A DNA stretch of 55,408 nt from a virus (Duplodnaviria > Caudoviricetes), in IMG/VR virus record IMGVR_UViG_3300036398_002939, positions 1 through 55,408 of that record; one strand, given 5' to 3'. The notes beneath the pieces are model-generated. The model had not been told where the DNA came from and did not search any database. It saw only the letters and a program-made list of their open reading frames with translations. Of this stretch, positions 15,716 to 27,397 are shown one piece after another. A program made the position numbers and the translations under genes. Position 1 is the stretch's first letter; every line of letters starts with the position of its first letter.

Positions 15716-16316
15716 TAGCGAAACAAAAATAACATTTATATTACCAACAATAGCAAGAGTATCACTATATTGTGCCGTTGATTCTTTGTTAAAACAATCA
15801 AATCCAAATTGGAAATGTGTAATAATTTTCGATGGAATGGATGTAATAGATGGATTGGCTCACGAAGATAATCCTCCGATAACATTGATAACAGATGAAA
15901 GATTCACACTTGTCAGTACACCCAAAACAGGTGCGTTTCATAAATTCGGTGGAAACGCAAGTTCAGTTAGAAATGTTGGATTGGATTATGTAACAACAGA
16001 ATGGATTGGATTTTTAGATGATGACGATACATTACATCCTGATTATGTTCAAACATTATACGAAAAATATCAAAACTACGATGTTGTTGTTTGGCGAATG
16101 AAATATAGAAATGGATCAGTTCTACCCCCACATGATTTAAATGAAATCATAGGCGGGAAGGTTGGGATTTCATATTGCTATAAAAACCAACCAGATATGA
16201 GATTCATAGATACAAACGGTTCAGAAGATTATCATTTCTTAAAAAAATTGGTAGAAAATAAAAACAACTATGTAATAACCGATGAAGTATTCTATAATGT
16301 TGAACATTATTTTTAG
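15699..16316 (+). CDS. Glycosyltransferase family 2
   Basis: FILPT, RNVGLDYVTTEWIGFLDDDD, SED. Confidence 0.85.
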   Translation: MKMITNSETKITFILPTIARVSLYCAVDSLLKQSNPNWKCVIIFDGMDVIDGLAHEDNPPITLITDERFTLVSTPKTGAFHKFGGNASSVRNVGLDYVTTEWIGFLDDDDTLHPDYVQTLYEKYQNYDVVVWRMKYRNGSVLPPHDLNEIIGGKVGISYCYKNQPDMRFIDTNGSEDYHFLKKLVENKNNYVITDEVFYNVEHYF

Positions 16317-16408
16317 GAACTAATATGAAAGTAACAAAAATTACCGGAGACGGTAAAGTATCACAACAATACATAAATGATTCAGTAACAATTTACAAAG
16401 GAGGTAAT

Positions 16409-16702
16409 ATGGGAATCTCGCCCCTATATGACAGAGTTTTGATTAAACCATCAAAGCCAGAAGAAGTTAGTTCCGGAGGTATTATTATTCCAGATACCGC
16501 TAGAGAAGGTTCAATTCGAGGAGAAGTTATTGCAGTTGGTGAAGGTAGAGTAAATCAAGATGGAACAATCTCACCATTGAGAGTTAAAGTTGGTGACAAT
16601 GTAATTTATTCAAAAAACAAATTCGATGCATCAAATATAATGATTGATGGTGAAGAATTTGTTGTTATGAGAGAAATAGAAATAATTGGTATTGTACAAT
16701 AA
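16409..16702 (+). CDS. groES: Co-chaperonin GroES
   Basis: PLYDRVLIK...GGIIIPDTA...GEVIAVG.G...VKVGD; GGAGG RBS before 16409. Confidence 0.97.
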   Translation: MGISPLYDRVLIKPSKPEEVSSGGIIIPDTAREGSIRGEVIAVGEGRVNQDGTISPLRVKVGDNVIYSKNKFDASNIMIDGEEFVVMREIEIIGIVQ

Positions 16703-18364
<1,662 letters not shown>

Positions 18365-18383
18365 AACATCAAATTTGATTGTC

Positions 18384-18413
18384 AAAAGCCCCTATCAAAT
18401 AGGGGCTTTTTTT
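18384..18413 (+). terminator. Intrinsic terminator after groEL
   Basis: AAAAGCCCCTAT-CAA-ATAGGGGCTTTTTTT. Confidence 0.9.
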
Positions 18414-18421
18414 ATAGCACC

Positions 18422-18429
18422 ATATTTAT
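18422..18429 (+). promoter_or_regulatory. Putative late-promoter motif ATATTTAT
   Basis: Lies right after a terminator, 4 nt before the ATG; same motif heads other units (11836, 14980; minus strand 30352, 34847, 51467). Confidence 0.55.
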
Positions 18430-18433
18430 TGGT

Positions 18434-18664
18434 ATGATAAAACTAATAGACATATTGAATGAAAGTAGAGAGTATGTTCGTAACAATACTGGCAAAGTAA
18501 TAGGCCATGTAACAAAAGGTTCGGATGGTAAATTTATTTTTAGAGATACCGAAGGAACTTTGTTGGGAACATATGATTCAAAATACAACTACACAAAAGA
18601 TAGAACTGGCAAAGTTGTTGGTAGAGGCAACATATTGGGTTATTTGATTAAGGCATACAAATGA
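18434..18664 (+). CDS. MIKL-tag protein with three beta-hairpin repeats
   Basis: MIKLIDILNE; RNNTGKVIG, RDTEGTLLG, KDRTGKVVG. Confidence 0.75.
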   Translation: MIKLIDILNESREYVRNNTGKVIGHVTKGSDGKFIFRDTEGTLLGTYDSKYNYTKDRTGKVVGRGNILGYLIKAYK

Positions 18665-19575
18665 TTAGATTGAAACCATTGTTAGAACAAACACTATTAC
18701 GGGAATATGTAGACACCGACATAGTAAAACTGTGGAAGTATCTTGATGGGACATTGGACAATACTTTTGGTAAGTTCGGTAGGTTTGGTGAGGTTGCAAG
18801 GAAGATAGGTTATCGGAACATGATGGAGTATTTCATAGAAAATTCAGATGATACATGGTGGGGTAGTTATGATTTCTCCGATGAAGGAACTCTCAGCACT
18901 ACTTTAATCAGGTATTCAACATTCAAAGAATTAGAAACAAAAAAGAAACGTGTCTATAAGTTGGTGCTCAAGTGGTATGAAGATGTGTTTGATAACAAAC
19001 CTGGTTATATTCAGGAACTATATTCATTATACGGTGGTGGTGCAGAGTATATGCCATCATGGATATTCTTGAAGAATCCAGAATTAGTTAAGAATCAATG
19101 GTTAGTTCATGGAACAAGAATGATAGATGGTGCAAGGATGGCAAGTCAAGGATTCATTAGGGGTGTAAAGGATTTTAAAAAATTAGGATTGACTACATTT
19201 TGGACAGGTGAACAAGCTGAAAAGAAAGCAGGTGGATATAACTTTGCATTTACACCCACTGATTTTGCTATGTATGGTATGGATGAAAGTGATCCAATTT
19301 ATGGTGATGGAACACTATTAGTATTCCGTGCTTCTGGTATACGGTCTTATCATGTATCAGACGACCAATATCAAACTATATTCAATGGTAAGACTGCAAC
19401 AGACATTGTTCTGATATATGAGACAATGGGAACTTATACGATATATTCCAAAGATAAAAAGAAATTATTTCAGACATCCACCGAAGGTCAAAGTGGGGCA
19501 ATAGAAGCGATAAATTGGGTGATCAATAATTATGATCAATATAGACAATCAATAGGATGGAATAAACCGGTATGA
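18661..19575 (+). CDS. MIKL-tag protein with putative ADP-ribosyltransferase-like domain
   Basis: MIRLKPLLE; WLVHGT...GF...GGYNFAF...YG...DDQYQTIF. The fold call is tentative. Confidence 0.55.
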   Translation: MIRLKPLLEQTLLREYVDTDIVKLWKYLDGTLDNTFGKFGRFGEVARKIGYRNMMEYFIENSDDTWWGSYDFSDEGTLSTTLIRYSTFKELETKKKRVYKLVLKWYEDVFDNKPGYIQELYSLYGGGAEYMPSWIFLKNPELVKNQWLVHGTRMIDGARMASQGFIRGVKDFKKLGLTTFWTGEQAEKKAGGYNFAFTPTDFAMYGMDESDPIYGDGTLLVFRASGIRSYHVSDDQYQTIFNGKTATDIVLIYETMGTYTIYSKDKKKLFQTSTEGQSGAIEAINWVINNYDQYRQSIGWNKPV

Positions 19576-20189
19576 TAAAATTAAAAGACATACTAACCGA
19601 AAGAATATCAGATATAGTATATCACTTCACTACAACAGAAGCGGCAAATCTTATCATCGGAAAGAACAAGTTTAAGTTACAACCTATTCCGGTTGAAATG
19701 AATGTTGAACCTGGCAAGAAGTATCAAGACGGTTACTATATGTCCGTTGCAAGAACAAAGATTGAGGGTTATACAAGAGATACAAGTGACTTCCAATGTT
19801 ACTTTGTTCGTTTTGAATTAGATGGTGGTAAGTTAAACAATAACCTTAAAGGCGGTGCTTACAATTACTTTCAACATCAACATGGAGACGATGACTATGA
19901 AGAATACGAAGATAGAATATATTCACGAAAGCAATACATAGACAATGCAATTAGATATATCAAGAGAATGGATGTTGATGTCAGTCGGAAATGTAAATCC
20001 TTTAATAACGGACTCTACTCACGTCAAACGGGATTTAATACATCTAATCTGATTAAAACTGCACTATCATCCGGTATTCCAACATTTCTATTCCCAAGTA
20101 GAGAAAAGTGGGGGCAACAATCCGGCGGTGTTGGTATTAAAAGTTTAGATGACTATAAAAATTTTTTACAATCTATCGGTAAAAAATAA
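19572..20189 (+). CDS. MIKL-tag protein with putative ADP-ribosyltransferase-like domain
   Basis: MIKLKDILTE; VYHFT...YMSVAR...VRFELDG.KL...EYEDRI. The fold call is tentative. Confidence 0.55.
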   Translation: MIKLKDILTERISDIVYHFTTTEAANLIIGKNKFKLQPIPVEMNVEPGKKYQDGYYMSVARTKIEGYTRDTSDFQCYFVRFELDGGKLNNNLKGGAYNYFQHQHGDDDYEEYEDRIYSRKQYIDNAIRYIKRMDVDVSRKCKSFNNGLYSRQTGFNTSNLIKTALSSGIPTFLFPSREKWGQQSGGVGIKSLDDYKNFLQSIGKK

Positions 20190-20947
20190 TGAATATGCCT
20201 AAACTAAAAACTCTATTGGAAAATACTAATCTATCTGGTAATGTTACCGATACGATAAACTATCTATCATCAAAGAAAGATAGTAAGGTGTTATTCATAA
20301 CAACATCAACTCGTTATCCTTTCAATACCGGTTATGACAAAGGTGGAGTGGATGATGAATTACCAAAATCAACTGAACTTGCACTACACATTAAAAAATC
20401 TATACCGAATAAATCTAAATGGATTGATATACCACAGTTGAAAATTCTACCATGTGAGGGCAATGTATCACATAAAAGTGGTAATTCTTGTGGTGTAATG
20501 GACGCCAAATTGAATAGCAAGGACAAAAACCCCACAGGCCACCACAGATGTTGGGCAAGCGTAAATGACTCATCAGATCAACTTTGGCAAGTCTCCAGGG
20601 ACATATTTAACTCAAATATTGTCCTATTTTTCTCCTCTATCCGTTGGGGACAGACTAATTCCGAATACCAAAAGTTGATTGAAAGATTGACTTGGATAGA
20701 GAATCGTCATAGCACTTTGGGTGAAGATAATATCATCGGTGATAAAGAAGCCGGTTTTATTTGTGTAGGACAGAATTGGAACGGGACAAATGTTGTTGGT
20801 GTTCAAAAGAAAGTTTTAAACTTTTATGGTTTCAAAACTCCAGATAACTTATTTTGGAACTGGCAGTATACAGACAATCCAAAAGATGAAACACAAGAAT
20901 CATATAAAAAATCATATAATGTATTTAGAAAGGAGATTGGGAAATGA
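20189..20947 (+). CDS. Tagged flavodoxin-like / iron-sulfur flavoprotein (NADPH-dependent FMN reductase fold)
   Basis: MPKLKTLLE; TTS.R, S..LA, PCEGNVS...C...CWAS...D, S.IRWG...KLIERL. Confidence 0.75.
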   Translation: MNMPKLKTLLENTNLSGNVTDTINYLSSKKDSKVLFITTSTRYPFNTGYDKGGVDDELPKSTELALHIKKSIPNKSKWIDIPQLKILPCEGNVSHKSGNSCGVMDAKLNSKDKNPTGHHRCWASVNDSSDQLWQVSRDIFNSNIVLFFSSIRWGQTNSEYQKLIERLTWIENRHSTLGEDNIIGDKEAGFICVGQNWNGTNVVGVQKKVLNFYGFKTPDNLFWNWQYTDNPKDETQESYKKSYNVFRKEIGK

Positions 20948-22101
20948 TTAAATTAAAAAGTTTATTGAAAGAAGATACCAAATCAATGCAAGACAGAAAA
21001 ACTAAATATCGTAGAATAAATGAAGGTGATGTTGAAGTTGAATTGAATGGTGTGCAAATAAAACAAATTGATAAGATGTTTTCTAGATTCGGATTCGATG
21101 TTAATACTGCTATTGATACTCAACTCGAAGAAAAAGAAATGAACTATACTCAAATGTCTCAGGAAGAATTAGAGAATGTAAAAGGGGTTTTGAAAGTAGA
21201 CGAATCAATCATGGATGGTATTGAAGAATTGCTAGAATTGGGCGGTGAAGCAAAATCTTGGTATGCTGAAATGAATAAGACTATATTAGAAACATTCGGT
21301 GATACGGAAGGAACAATATTTTTAACGTTACTTGCTATATTTTCACCGAGAAATCCTTTGAAACAAAATTTCAAATTGGCTGCTCAAACATTTCGTGGTC
21401 TCAAAAAAGATTTATCGGATGAAAGTAGTAAGACAAAGTTAGAAGAAATGATGGAGATTGAACCAACAACATTATACAAAATGATGAAAGAACAAGATGC
21501 ATACAAAGACCTTGCAACTGTTCGTGGTATGATAAAAGGAAACATGGGTGTTAATACATACTTACCAAACATTCTTCGTTTCTTGAAACTGTTAAAGGCG
21601 AATAACTATGAACTATCAAGAGATATTGCAGTTCAAGAAATTGCTAAACATATTAAACCAAGTGGTGCATTACAAGATTCATCTGTTATATCCGCTGAAA
21701 AAGTATTTTCTTTTACACTCAATCTTTTGGATCCAAACTACAAGTTTGAAGATTTAGGATGGGTTCCAGTAACAATGGACACATGGATGGCATCATTCTT
21801 CTATCCACAGTTGGATAAGAAACAAAAGAACAAAGTATTGGCAAAGACACCGAACTATGTTTATATTGCAAGACTGACACAGCAATGGGCAGAAAAATAT
21901 GGGATGACACCACCTGAATTTCAAGCTGCTATTTGGGTTGGTATGATTAAAAAGGCAAAGGGTGAAAACTATGACAATACATTCCTAACTGCAATAGATA
22001 ACAACTTAAAAAAACTAAACATAAAAATAGAAGAAATAAAAAATGCAGATAACTTCTTCAAACGGGCAATAGCAATAGTTGGTGATAAAGGAATCAGATA
22101 A
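20944..22101 (+). CDS. MIKL-tag protein with HhH-GPD/endonuclease III-like domain
   Basis: MIKLKSLLKE; WY...LAIFSPRN...N, KVFSFTLNL, VTMDTWM, QAAIW. Confidence 0.6.
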   Translation: MIKLKSLLKEDTKSMQDRKTKYRRINEGDVEVELNGVQIKQIDKMFSRFGFDVNTAIDTQLEEKEMNYTQMSQEELENVKGVLKVDESIMDGIEELLELGGEAKSWYAEMNKTILETFGDTEGTIFLTLLAIFSPRNPLKQNFKLAAQTFRGLKKDLSDESSKTKLEEMMEIEPTTLYKMMKEQDAYKDLATVRGMIKGNMGVNTYLPNILRFLKLLKANNYELSRDIAVQEIAKHIKPSGALQDSSVISAEKVFSFTLNLLDPNYKFEDLGWVPVTMDTWMASFFYPQLDKKQKNKVLAKTPNYVYIARLTQQWAEKYGMTPPEFQAAIWVGMIKKAKGENYDNTFLTAIDNNLKKLNIKIEEIKNADNFFKRAIAIVGDKGIR

Positions 22102-22104
22102 AAC

Positions 22105-22131
22105 AAACCCCTCGAAATCGAGGGGTTTTTT
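22105..22131. terminator. Bidirectional terminator at the convergence of the two gene blocks
   Basis: AAACCCCTCGA-AA-TCGAGGGGTTTTTT. Confidence 0.9.
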
Positions 22132-22132
22132 A

Positions 22133-24784
22133 TTATATGTTTAATTTTACTTTTACAACAAATTCTGTATCTGATGATTTCTTTATTGGTTTACTTAACT
22201 TAGCAACAGCAAGTAAATCATCTTCATCATTATACAAACCAATGGTAGTTACGTATGTGAATGGATTTGAATTGTTTTTTAATTTATCCTTTACTATCAA
22301 TCTATCCTCATCAAAATAAAAACTCGGATTAAATGTATTGTTAAATTCACCATTTCCTATATTTAAAAAACAATACGTTGGGGACATAACCTCTACTGTT
22401 TTTGCAGTAAATGGTTTACCAACAGACATTGCTCCACTGATAGATGTAAACAAAACATCGGCATTAGATGATGTATAAAATGCACCACTTGCAGTTGGTT
22501 CCGTTCTTCTGGTTTTTATAGATGCTGAAGCTAATAGTAGTTCACCGTTTAATACTATCAAACCGTGGTACGGGTAAATTAATCCATACGGCTGTGTTTT
22601 TGCACTACTATGTATTCCATTTTGTAAACTACCACTATAAATTCCATAAACAATGGAAGTATTATTTGTTGGAGAATATATTGGATATTCGTCTGATGTT
22701 CCGATTAGATCAACAGTTTCATCTACAAGTGTTGTTATTTTAGTTGTATCTGCTATTGGATTTCTATTTACATCATAATCTACTCCCGCCAAAGATAACT
22801 CCCACGAACCCGCATTTAATTTATCTCTGAAATTTTTTCTTGGGATGTTTATTACATAAATATCTTCTGACTTAATACTGGTTCGTCTGTTGTCCACTTC
22901 ACCTATTGATGCAAAAGTCATAAATTGACTTGTTGCTACATTTGTCCAACCTGTGATATTTGTTATTTTAGTTGGAGATGTATAGACATTAAGTGCACCT
23001 GAACCTCTACCTTGTTGATCATAATCGTTAGCACCCCAACCATATATTTCACTTGAGATTTTTTTTGCTATGGTGTAATTAAATCCACAATGAACTGATT
23101 CCCAATCTTCATCTGTTCCTATTTGTTCAGCAACTGTGTTTACAAAAAACGAACCACCTAATCCAAGTTCACTATAATTTGAATTGGCTCCCCAGCTGTA
23201 TAGTGTATTTGCACTATCCATTATTGCTATGATGAAACCATCTCCTGCTGAAACATCCTTCCACATAGGGTATGAATTATCACCCATAGGATCCATTAAA
23301 TATGGTTCTTTTTGTATTTCTGAGAAAGCTAAATCGGTACTTATTTTAAAGTTACTATTTGATCCCCAACCATACATCTGTCCATCTGTTTTAATTCCTA
23401 AAATAGTATGTTCGGTGGAAGATCTTTCTAAAACATTTGAAACGGTAATTTTTTTCCAAGTATCTGTTCCTATTCTTTCTGGAGTTGATCTGTTTGAATT
23501 ATCGTTAAATCCTAGTAATCCGGATTGATTGTAACCCCATGCATAAAGTTTTCCACCGTCTCTTAATCCAAAAGATATTTCGTTACCAGCAAATACGTAT
23601 TCCCAATCATTAAAGTTTCCAACCTTCGTTGGTGAATCAAATGTTTGATTTGAACTAAACCCAATACCCAACTCACCATAATAATTGAATCCCCAAGACC
23701 ATAAAGTTCCATCTTCTTTTATTGCAAGTTGGTGATTTGCACCAACAGATATTTGTTTCCAATTACCAGAAGATTCAAATAATTCCACATTTGGATAATT
23801 TCTAAATAAATTACCTTCCGAATTAATAAAATATATTTTCTGAACACCAACGTTGTGCTCTATTTCAGTTGAACGTATTCCCAAACTTTTTATCATGTTT
23901 AATCTATATGATTTAACATTTGGTATAGATACTCTGGTTGGTGAACTTAAAGATGTATTAAACAAATAATTAGTTGATCCCCAAATATAAGGACCAACAT
24001 CGGTATTACCCAATCCTCTAAAAACAAAACTTCCACTTATTAAAGTATTGGTTGTCTCGTAATCAGACAAAAGATTTCTATATTGAACATAGTTTGTATG
24101 TGATTCACGAGATTCAACCGTAAATGTTGGTGATACTTGTACGGAAATATCCTCGAACCTGACATCACCGGTGATTTGTTGTTCAACAAATTGAACTGGA
24201 ATGTCCCAATACTTATCTTGAACTGAAACTGGAGTTCCAGTTATTTTCCATATTTGATAATTTTCTTGATTTTCGTGGTCTCTTACAGTTATTGTTTGAC
24301 CAGATTTTATTTCTGCAAGAGTGTAGTAAATGTCATTTTTATTATTAAATATAAAAGTTTCTGGATCAAAAAAAGTAAATCTACTCAAACGAATACGAGT
24401 GGAATCTTGTATTGTGGTGTACTGATTCCAACCAATAGTACCATTTGTTATATCATTTGCATTTGTACTTCCAGTTGCATAATATCCAAATTTCAATAAT
24501 TCATCAGTATAATCTATTAGACCAAATGATGCTGTACTAGAACCACTGTTTAATATATTACCATATGCAATACTAAATTCAACATCCATGCTAGATGTGT
24601 TTATTTTATTTGAATAAACATTTCTATAATATATTTTCTGATGATGTGGTTGATTTGAACTAGTACATATTCCCAATAAATTTTCTTTATCGGTTGTCCA
24701 TAGTGGAGCAGTAACAACTTCTTTTCTATCATATAAGAAAGATGCTTCTTGGTCTATTTTCTTTTTTATGTAAGTTGAACTCAT
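22133..24784 (-). CDS. Virion structural (tail/baseplate-type) protein with inserted RCC1 repeats
   Basis: RCC1 units (LAIKEDGTLWSWGFNYYGELG); C-terminal TTIGLYNDEDDLLAVAKLSKPIKK. Confidence 0.75.
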   Translation of the reverse strand: MSSTYIKKKIDQEASFLYDRKEVVTAPLWTTDKENLLGICTSSNQPHHQKIYYRNVYSNKINTSSMDVEFSIAYGNILNSGSSTASFGLIDYTDELLKFGYYATGSTNANDITNGTIGWNQYTTIQDSTRIRLSRFTFFDPETFIFNNKNDIYYTLAEIKSGQTITVRDHENQENYQIWKITGTPVSVQDKYWDIPVQFVEQQITGDVRFEDISVQVSPTFTVESRESHTNYVQYRNLLSDYETTNTLISGSFVFRGLGNTDVGPYIWGSTNYLFNTSLSSPTRVSIPNVKSYRLNMIKSLGIRSTEIEHNVGVQKIYFINSEGNLFRNYPNVELFESSGNWKQISVGANHQLAIKEDGTLWSWGFNYYGELGIGFSSNQTFDSPTKVGNFNDWEYVFAGNEISFGLRDGGKLYAWGYNQSGLLGFNDNSNRSTPERIGTDTWKKITVSNVLERSSTEHTILGIKTDGQMYGWGSNSNFKISTDLAFSEIQKEPYLMDPMGDNSYPMWKDVSAGDGFIIAIMDSANTLYSWGANSNYSELGLGGSFFVNTVAEQIGTDEDWESVHCGFNYTIAKKISSEIYGWGANDYDQQGRGSGALNVYTSPTKITNITGWTNVATSQFMTFASIGEVDNRRTSIKSEDIYVINIPRKNFRDKLNAGSWELSLAGVDYDVNRNPIADTTKITTLVDETVDLIGTSDEYPIYSPTNNTSIVYGIYSGSLQNGIHSSAKTQPYGLIYPYHGLIVLNGELLLASASIKTRRTEPTASGAFYTSSNADVLFTSISGAMSVGKPFTAKTVEVMSPTYCFLNIGNGEFNNTFNPSFYFDEDRLIVKDKLKNNSNPFTYVTTIGLYNDEDDLLAVAKLSKPIKKSSDTEFVVKVKLNI

Positions 24785-24797
24785 GTTAATATAACCT

Positions 24798-27107
24798 TCA
24801 ATTTTTTATTCTTACTTTTACAACCAACTCTGTGTCTGGTGTTTTTCTTATTGGTTTACTCAATTTAGCAACTGCAATTAAATCTCTATTATCATCGTAT
24901 AAACCTATGGTTGTTATGTAAGAAATCCCATTACTATTTTTTGTAATATCTTTTCTTACAAAACTTGATTGTCCGGTAGTATATGATGGATTATTTGTGT
25001 AATTAAATTCGTCTGATAGTATTCTTACAAATGCGTATATGTATTCTGACCTTTCAAATGAAGTTGCTTTGAAAGGATATAATTCAGAATCAGTTTGAAT
25101 TGCACCATTTATAGCAGTGTATATCTTATCAATAGGTCTTTTAGATTCCTCATCGATAATTATTGGTGCAAATGAATGTAAAGATTTACCATTTAAAACT
25201 ATAATGCCATTGTTTGGATAGAATAATCCGTATGGTATGGAATATGATCCAGTGTATAAACCATTTGATATACTACCACTATAAATATTGTAAACATCTT
25301 TTCTATCTATTCTTTTGTCATATAGTATTGAATCATCTATCAAAGTTATTGGTTCAATTTCTTCTATAACGTTTGTATCTTTATCAACTGATTTCAATGA
25401 TAGCTCCCACATTCCAGGTTCGATACCATCTCTTAAATTTGAAGAATCTACGTTTATACAATATATGTTGTTTGAATCCGTATAATCTATTTCAATTAAA
25501 TCATATTCTGCCAAAAAAGAAAGTTGATAGTGTTGAACCATATTTGATATTTCATCGTAAAAATCTGAAACACTGACATATCTTCCTATCTGATTTGTAT
25601 ATTTTTCTTCGTATGGTTTGTAATTTAATAAAAATATTTGTGGAGCAAGTAAAGAATCGTTTCCCCATTTGTAAATAACGTTATTAGTTTTTATTCCCAT
25701 AGAGTTTTTTATGGAAGTATTTACAAATGACCAGTTGTCACCATCTAAACTATTTTTAGTAGGAGTAGTTATTGTTGCAGATGATAATTCTCCTAATGGA
25801 TTATTGATATTATACCCCCAACCATATAACTCTCCACTTGTTTTTACACCAAGACAGTGTGCAGATCCTACCGAAATCATTTTCCATTCATCACCATCTA
25901 TTAAAGTTGGTGTGTATCTATCGGTTGTATCATCCAATCCAAGCTGATACTGATCGTTTGAACCGAATCCCCAAATACTACCATCATTCAATATACCAAC
26001 TGCAAATCCATCACTTCCTGTTTGACAACTGGCATATATTTTTTCCCAATTTTCTCCCAATGCCTGTGCCGGAACTATGTTACTTGTTCCTGGAAGATTG
26101 TTACCCAACTGACCACGTGAATTATCACCCCAAGTCCAAAGTGTACCGTCTGGTTTTATTGCACATGAAAATCTATTTCCAGCTGATACAAAATTCCATT
26201 CATCTGAATCTATTAAGATTGGTTCATTTGAATCTGTCAATGTCCCATCACCCAACTGTCCGTAATTATTTCTGCCCCATGACCACAACGTACCATCTTT
26301 TTTTATTGCAAGTGTATGTTCAGGACCACAAGATAGCATTTTCCATGATTTTGAATAAGAAATTTCGGTTGGATAGTATAAAGATGAAATAGAACCTTGT
26401 GCTATTTTTCCGTAGCTATTATCACCCCAAGTTACTATTGTTCCATCTTTTTTTAATGCAGCAAAATAATTGTATCCAGAACCCATCATTTCATAGTCAT
26501 CCAATTTCATTGAATAATACAAATCTGTTTCTGTGCTATTACCGAAAGAACCACTAACATTTGTCCCAACAACATATATTCTTGAGCCAGTTGAAATAGA
26601 TTTTTCCCAAGATGGATAGTTAAATAAAAATTTTAATCTTTTTGGTTCATTTAATAAATTGTTATACTGTGAATAAATCACCTTTGATTCTAACATCTGT
26701 GTGTTTGAATTGGATATTGATTTTGTAGTATAATAAATTCCACTATAATCACCACAAGCGATACTAAATTGAATAGAAGAAGTAGATTCTGAATCAACGA
26801 ATACATTTTTAAAGAAAGAATCATTTGTTTGATTTGACTGTGTGAATACTGATTTCAGACTAGAAGAATTATTCAACCATAATCCATAAGTTAAATTCTC
26901 ATGTTTATCATAAATATAAGAGTTTATAGTTGAATCAGAACTCAACATTTTTTTGTATACAAGCGATTCCGCCGATAGCTGTAATGATATGTAATCCATT
27001 CTATTCAATCCGGTAGAATTTGGATCTGCAGAATCTTTGATTATATCAAGTAATGTTTTTGATTTTGGATCTTTTATGTTTGGATCTATTATATCAACTC
27101 GTTTCAT
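24798..27107 (-). CDS. Paralogous structural protein with inserted RCC1 repeats
   Basis: HTLAIKKDGTLWSWGRNNYGQLG repeats; C-terminal TTIGLYDDNRDLIAVAKLSKPIRK. Confidence 0.75.
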   Translation of the reverse strand: MKRVDIIDPNIKDPKSKTLLDIIKDSADPNSTGLNRMDYISLQLSAESLVYKKMLSSDSTINSYIYDKHENLTYGLWLNNSSSLKSVFTQSNQTNDSFFKNVFVDSESTSSIQFSIACGDYSGIYYTTKSISNSNTQMLESKVIYSQYNNLLNEPKRLKFLFNYPSWEKSISTGSRIYVVGTNVSGSFGNSTETDLYYSMKLDDYEMMGSGYNYFAALKKDGTIVTWGDNSYGKIAQGSISSLYYPTEISYSKSWKMLSCGPEHTLAIKKDGTLWSWGRNNYGQLGDGTLTDSNEPILIDSDEWNFVSAGNRFSCAIKPDGTLWTWGDNSRGQLGNNLPGTSNIVPAQALGENWEKIYASCQTGSDGFAVGILNDGSIWGFGSNDQYQLGLDDTTDRYTPTLIDGDEWKMISVGSAHCLGVKTSGELYGWGYNINNPLGELSSATITTPTKNSLDGDNWSFVNTSIKNSMGIKTNNVIYKWGNDSLLAPQIFLLNYKPYEEKYTNQIGRYVSVSDFYDEISNMVQHYQLSFLAEYDLIEIDYTDSNNIYCINVDSSNLRDGIEPGMWELSLKSVDKDTNVIEEIEPITLIDDSILYDKRIDRKDVYNIYSGSISNGLYTGSYSIPYGLFYPNNGIIVLNGKSLHSFAPIIIDEESKRPIDKIYTAINGAIQTDSELYPFKATSFERSEYIYAFVRILSDEFNYTNNPSYTTGQSSFVRKDITKNSNGISYITTIGLYDDNRDLIAVAKLSKPIRKTPDTELVVKVRIKN

Positions 27108-27114
27108 ATTTCAC

Positions 27115-27396
27115 TTAGAATATATTTGATTTTAATTCATTTACAACAGAATTTAAATAATCAACTCCTCGTAAACTCAAACTACAATTATTTATTTTTA
27201 TATTATTTTTCATCATTTCTATTATTTTGTAATCATAAGATTTTTTATCTTTTATTTTGTACAACTTCAATATAACCCAGTCTAGTTTCTCAACAACTTC
27301 TTCTTTGTGTTCTTCTGATTTATACGGTTCGTCACTAATATACTGCATTATATTAGTTTCATCAATCTCTATACTAGACCAAAACGATTCTAACAT
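27115..27396 (-). CDS. Hypothetical protein
   Basis: Coupled 93-aa ORF. Confidence 0.6.
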   Translation of the reverse strand: MLESFWSSIEIDETNIMQYISDEPYKSEEHKEEVVEKLDWVILKLYKIKDKKSYDYKIIEMMKNNIKINNCSLSLRGVDYLNSVVNELKSNIF

Positions 27397-27397
27397 A

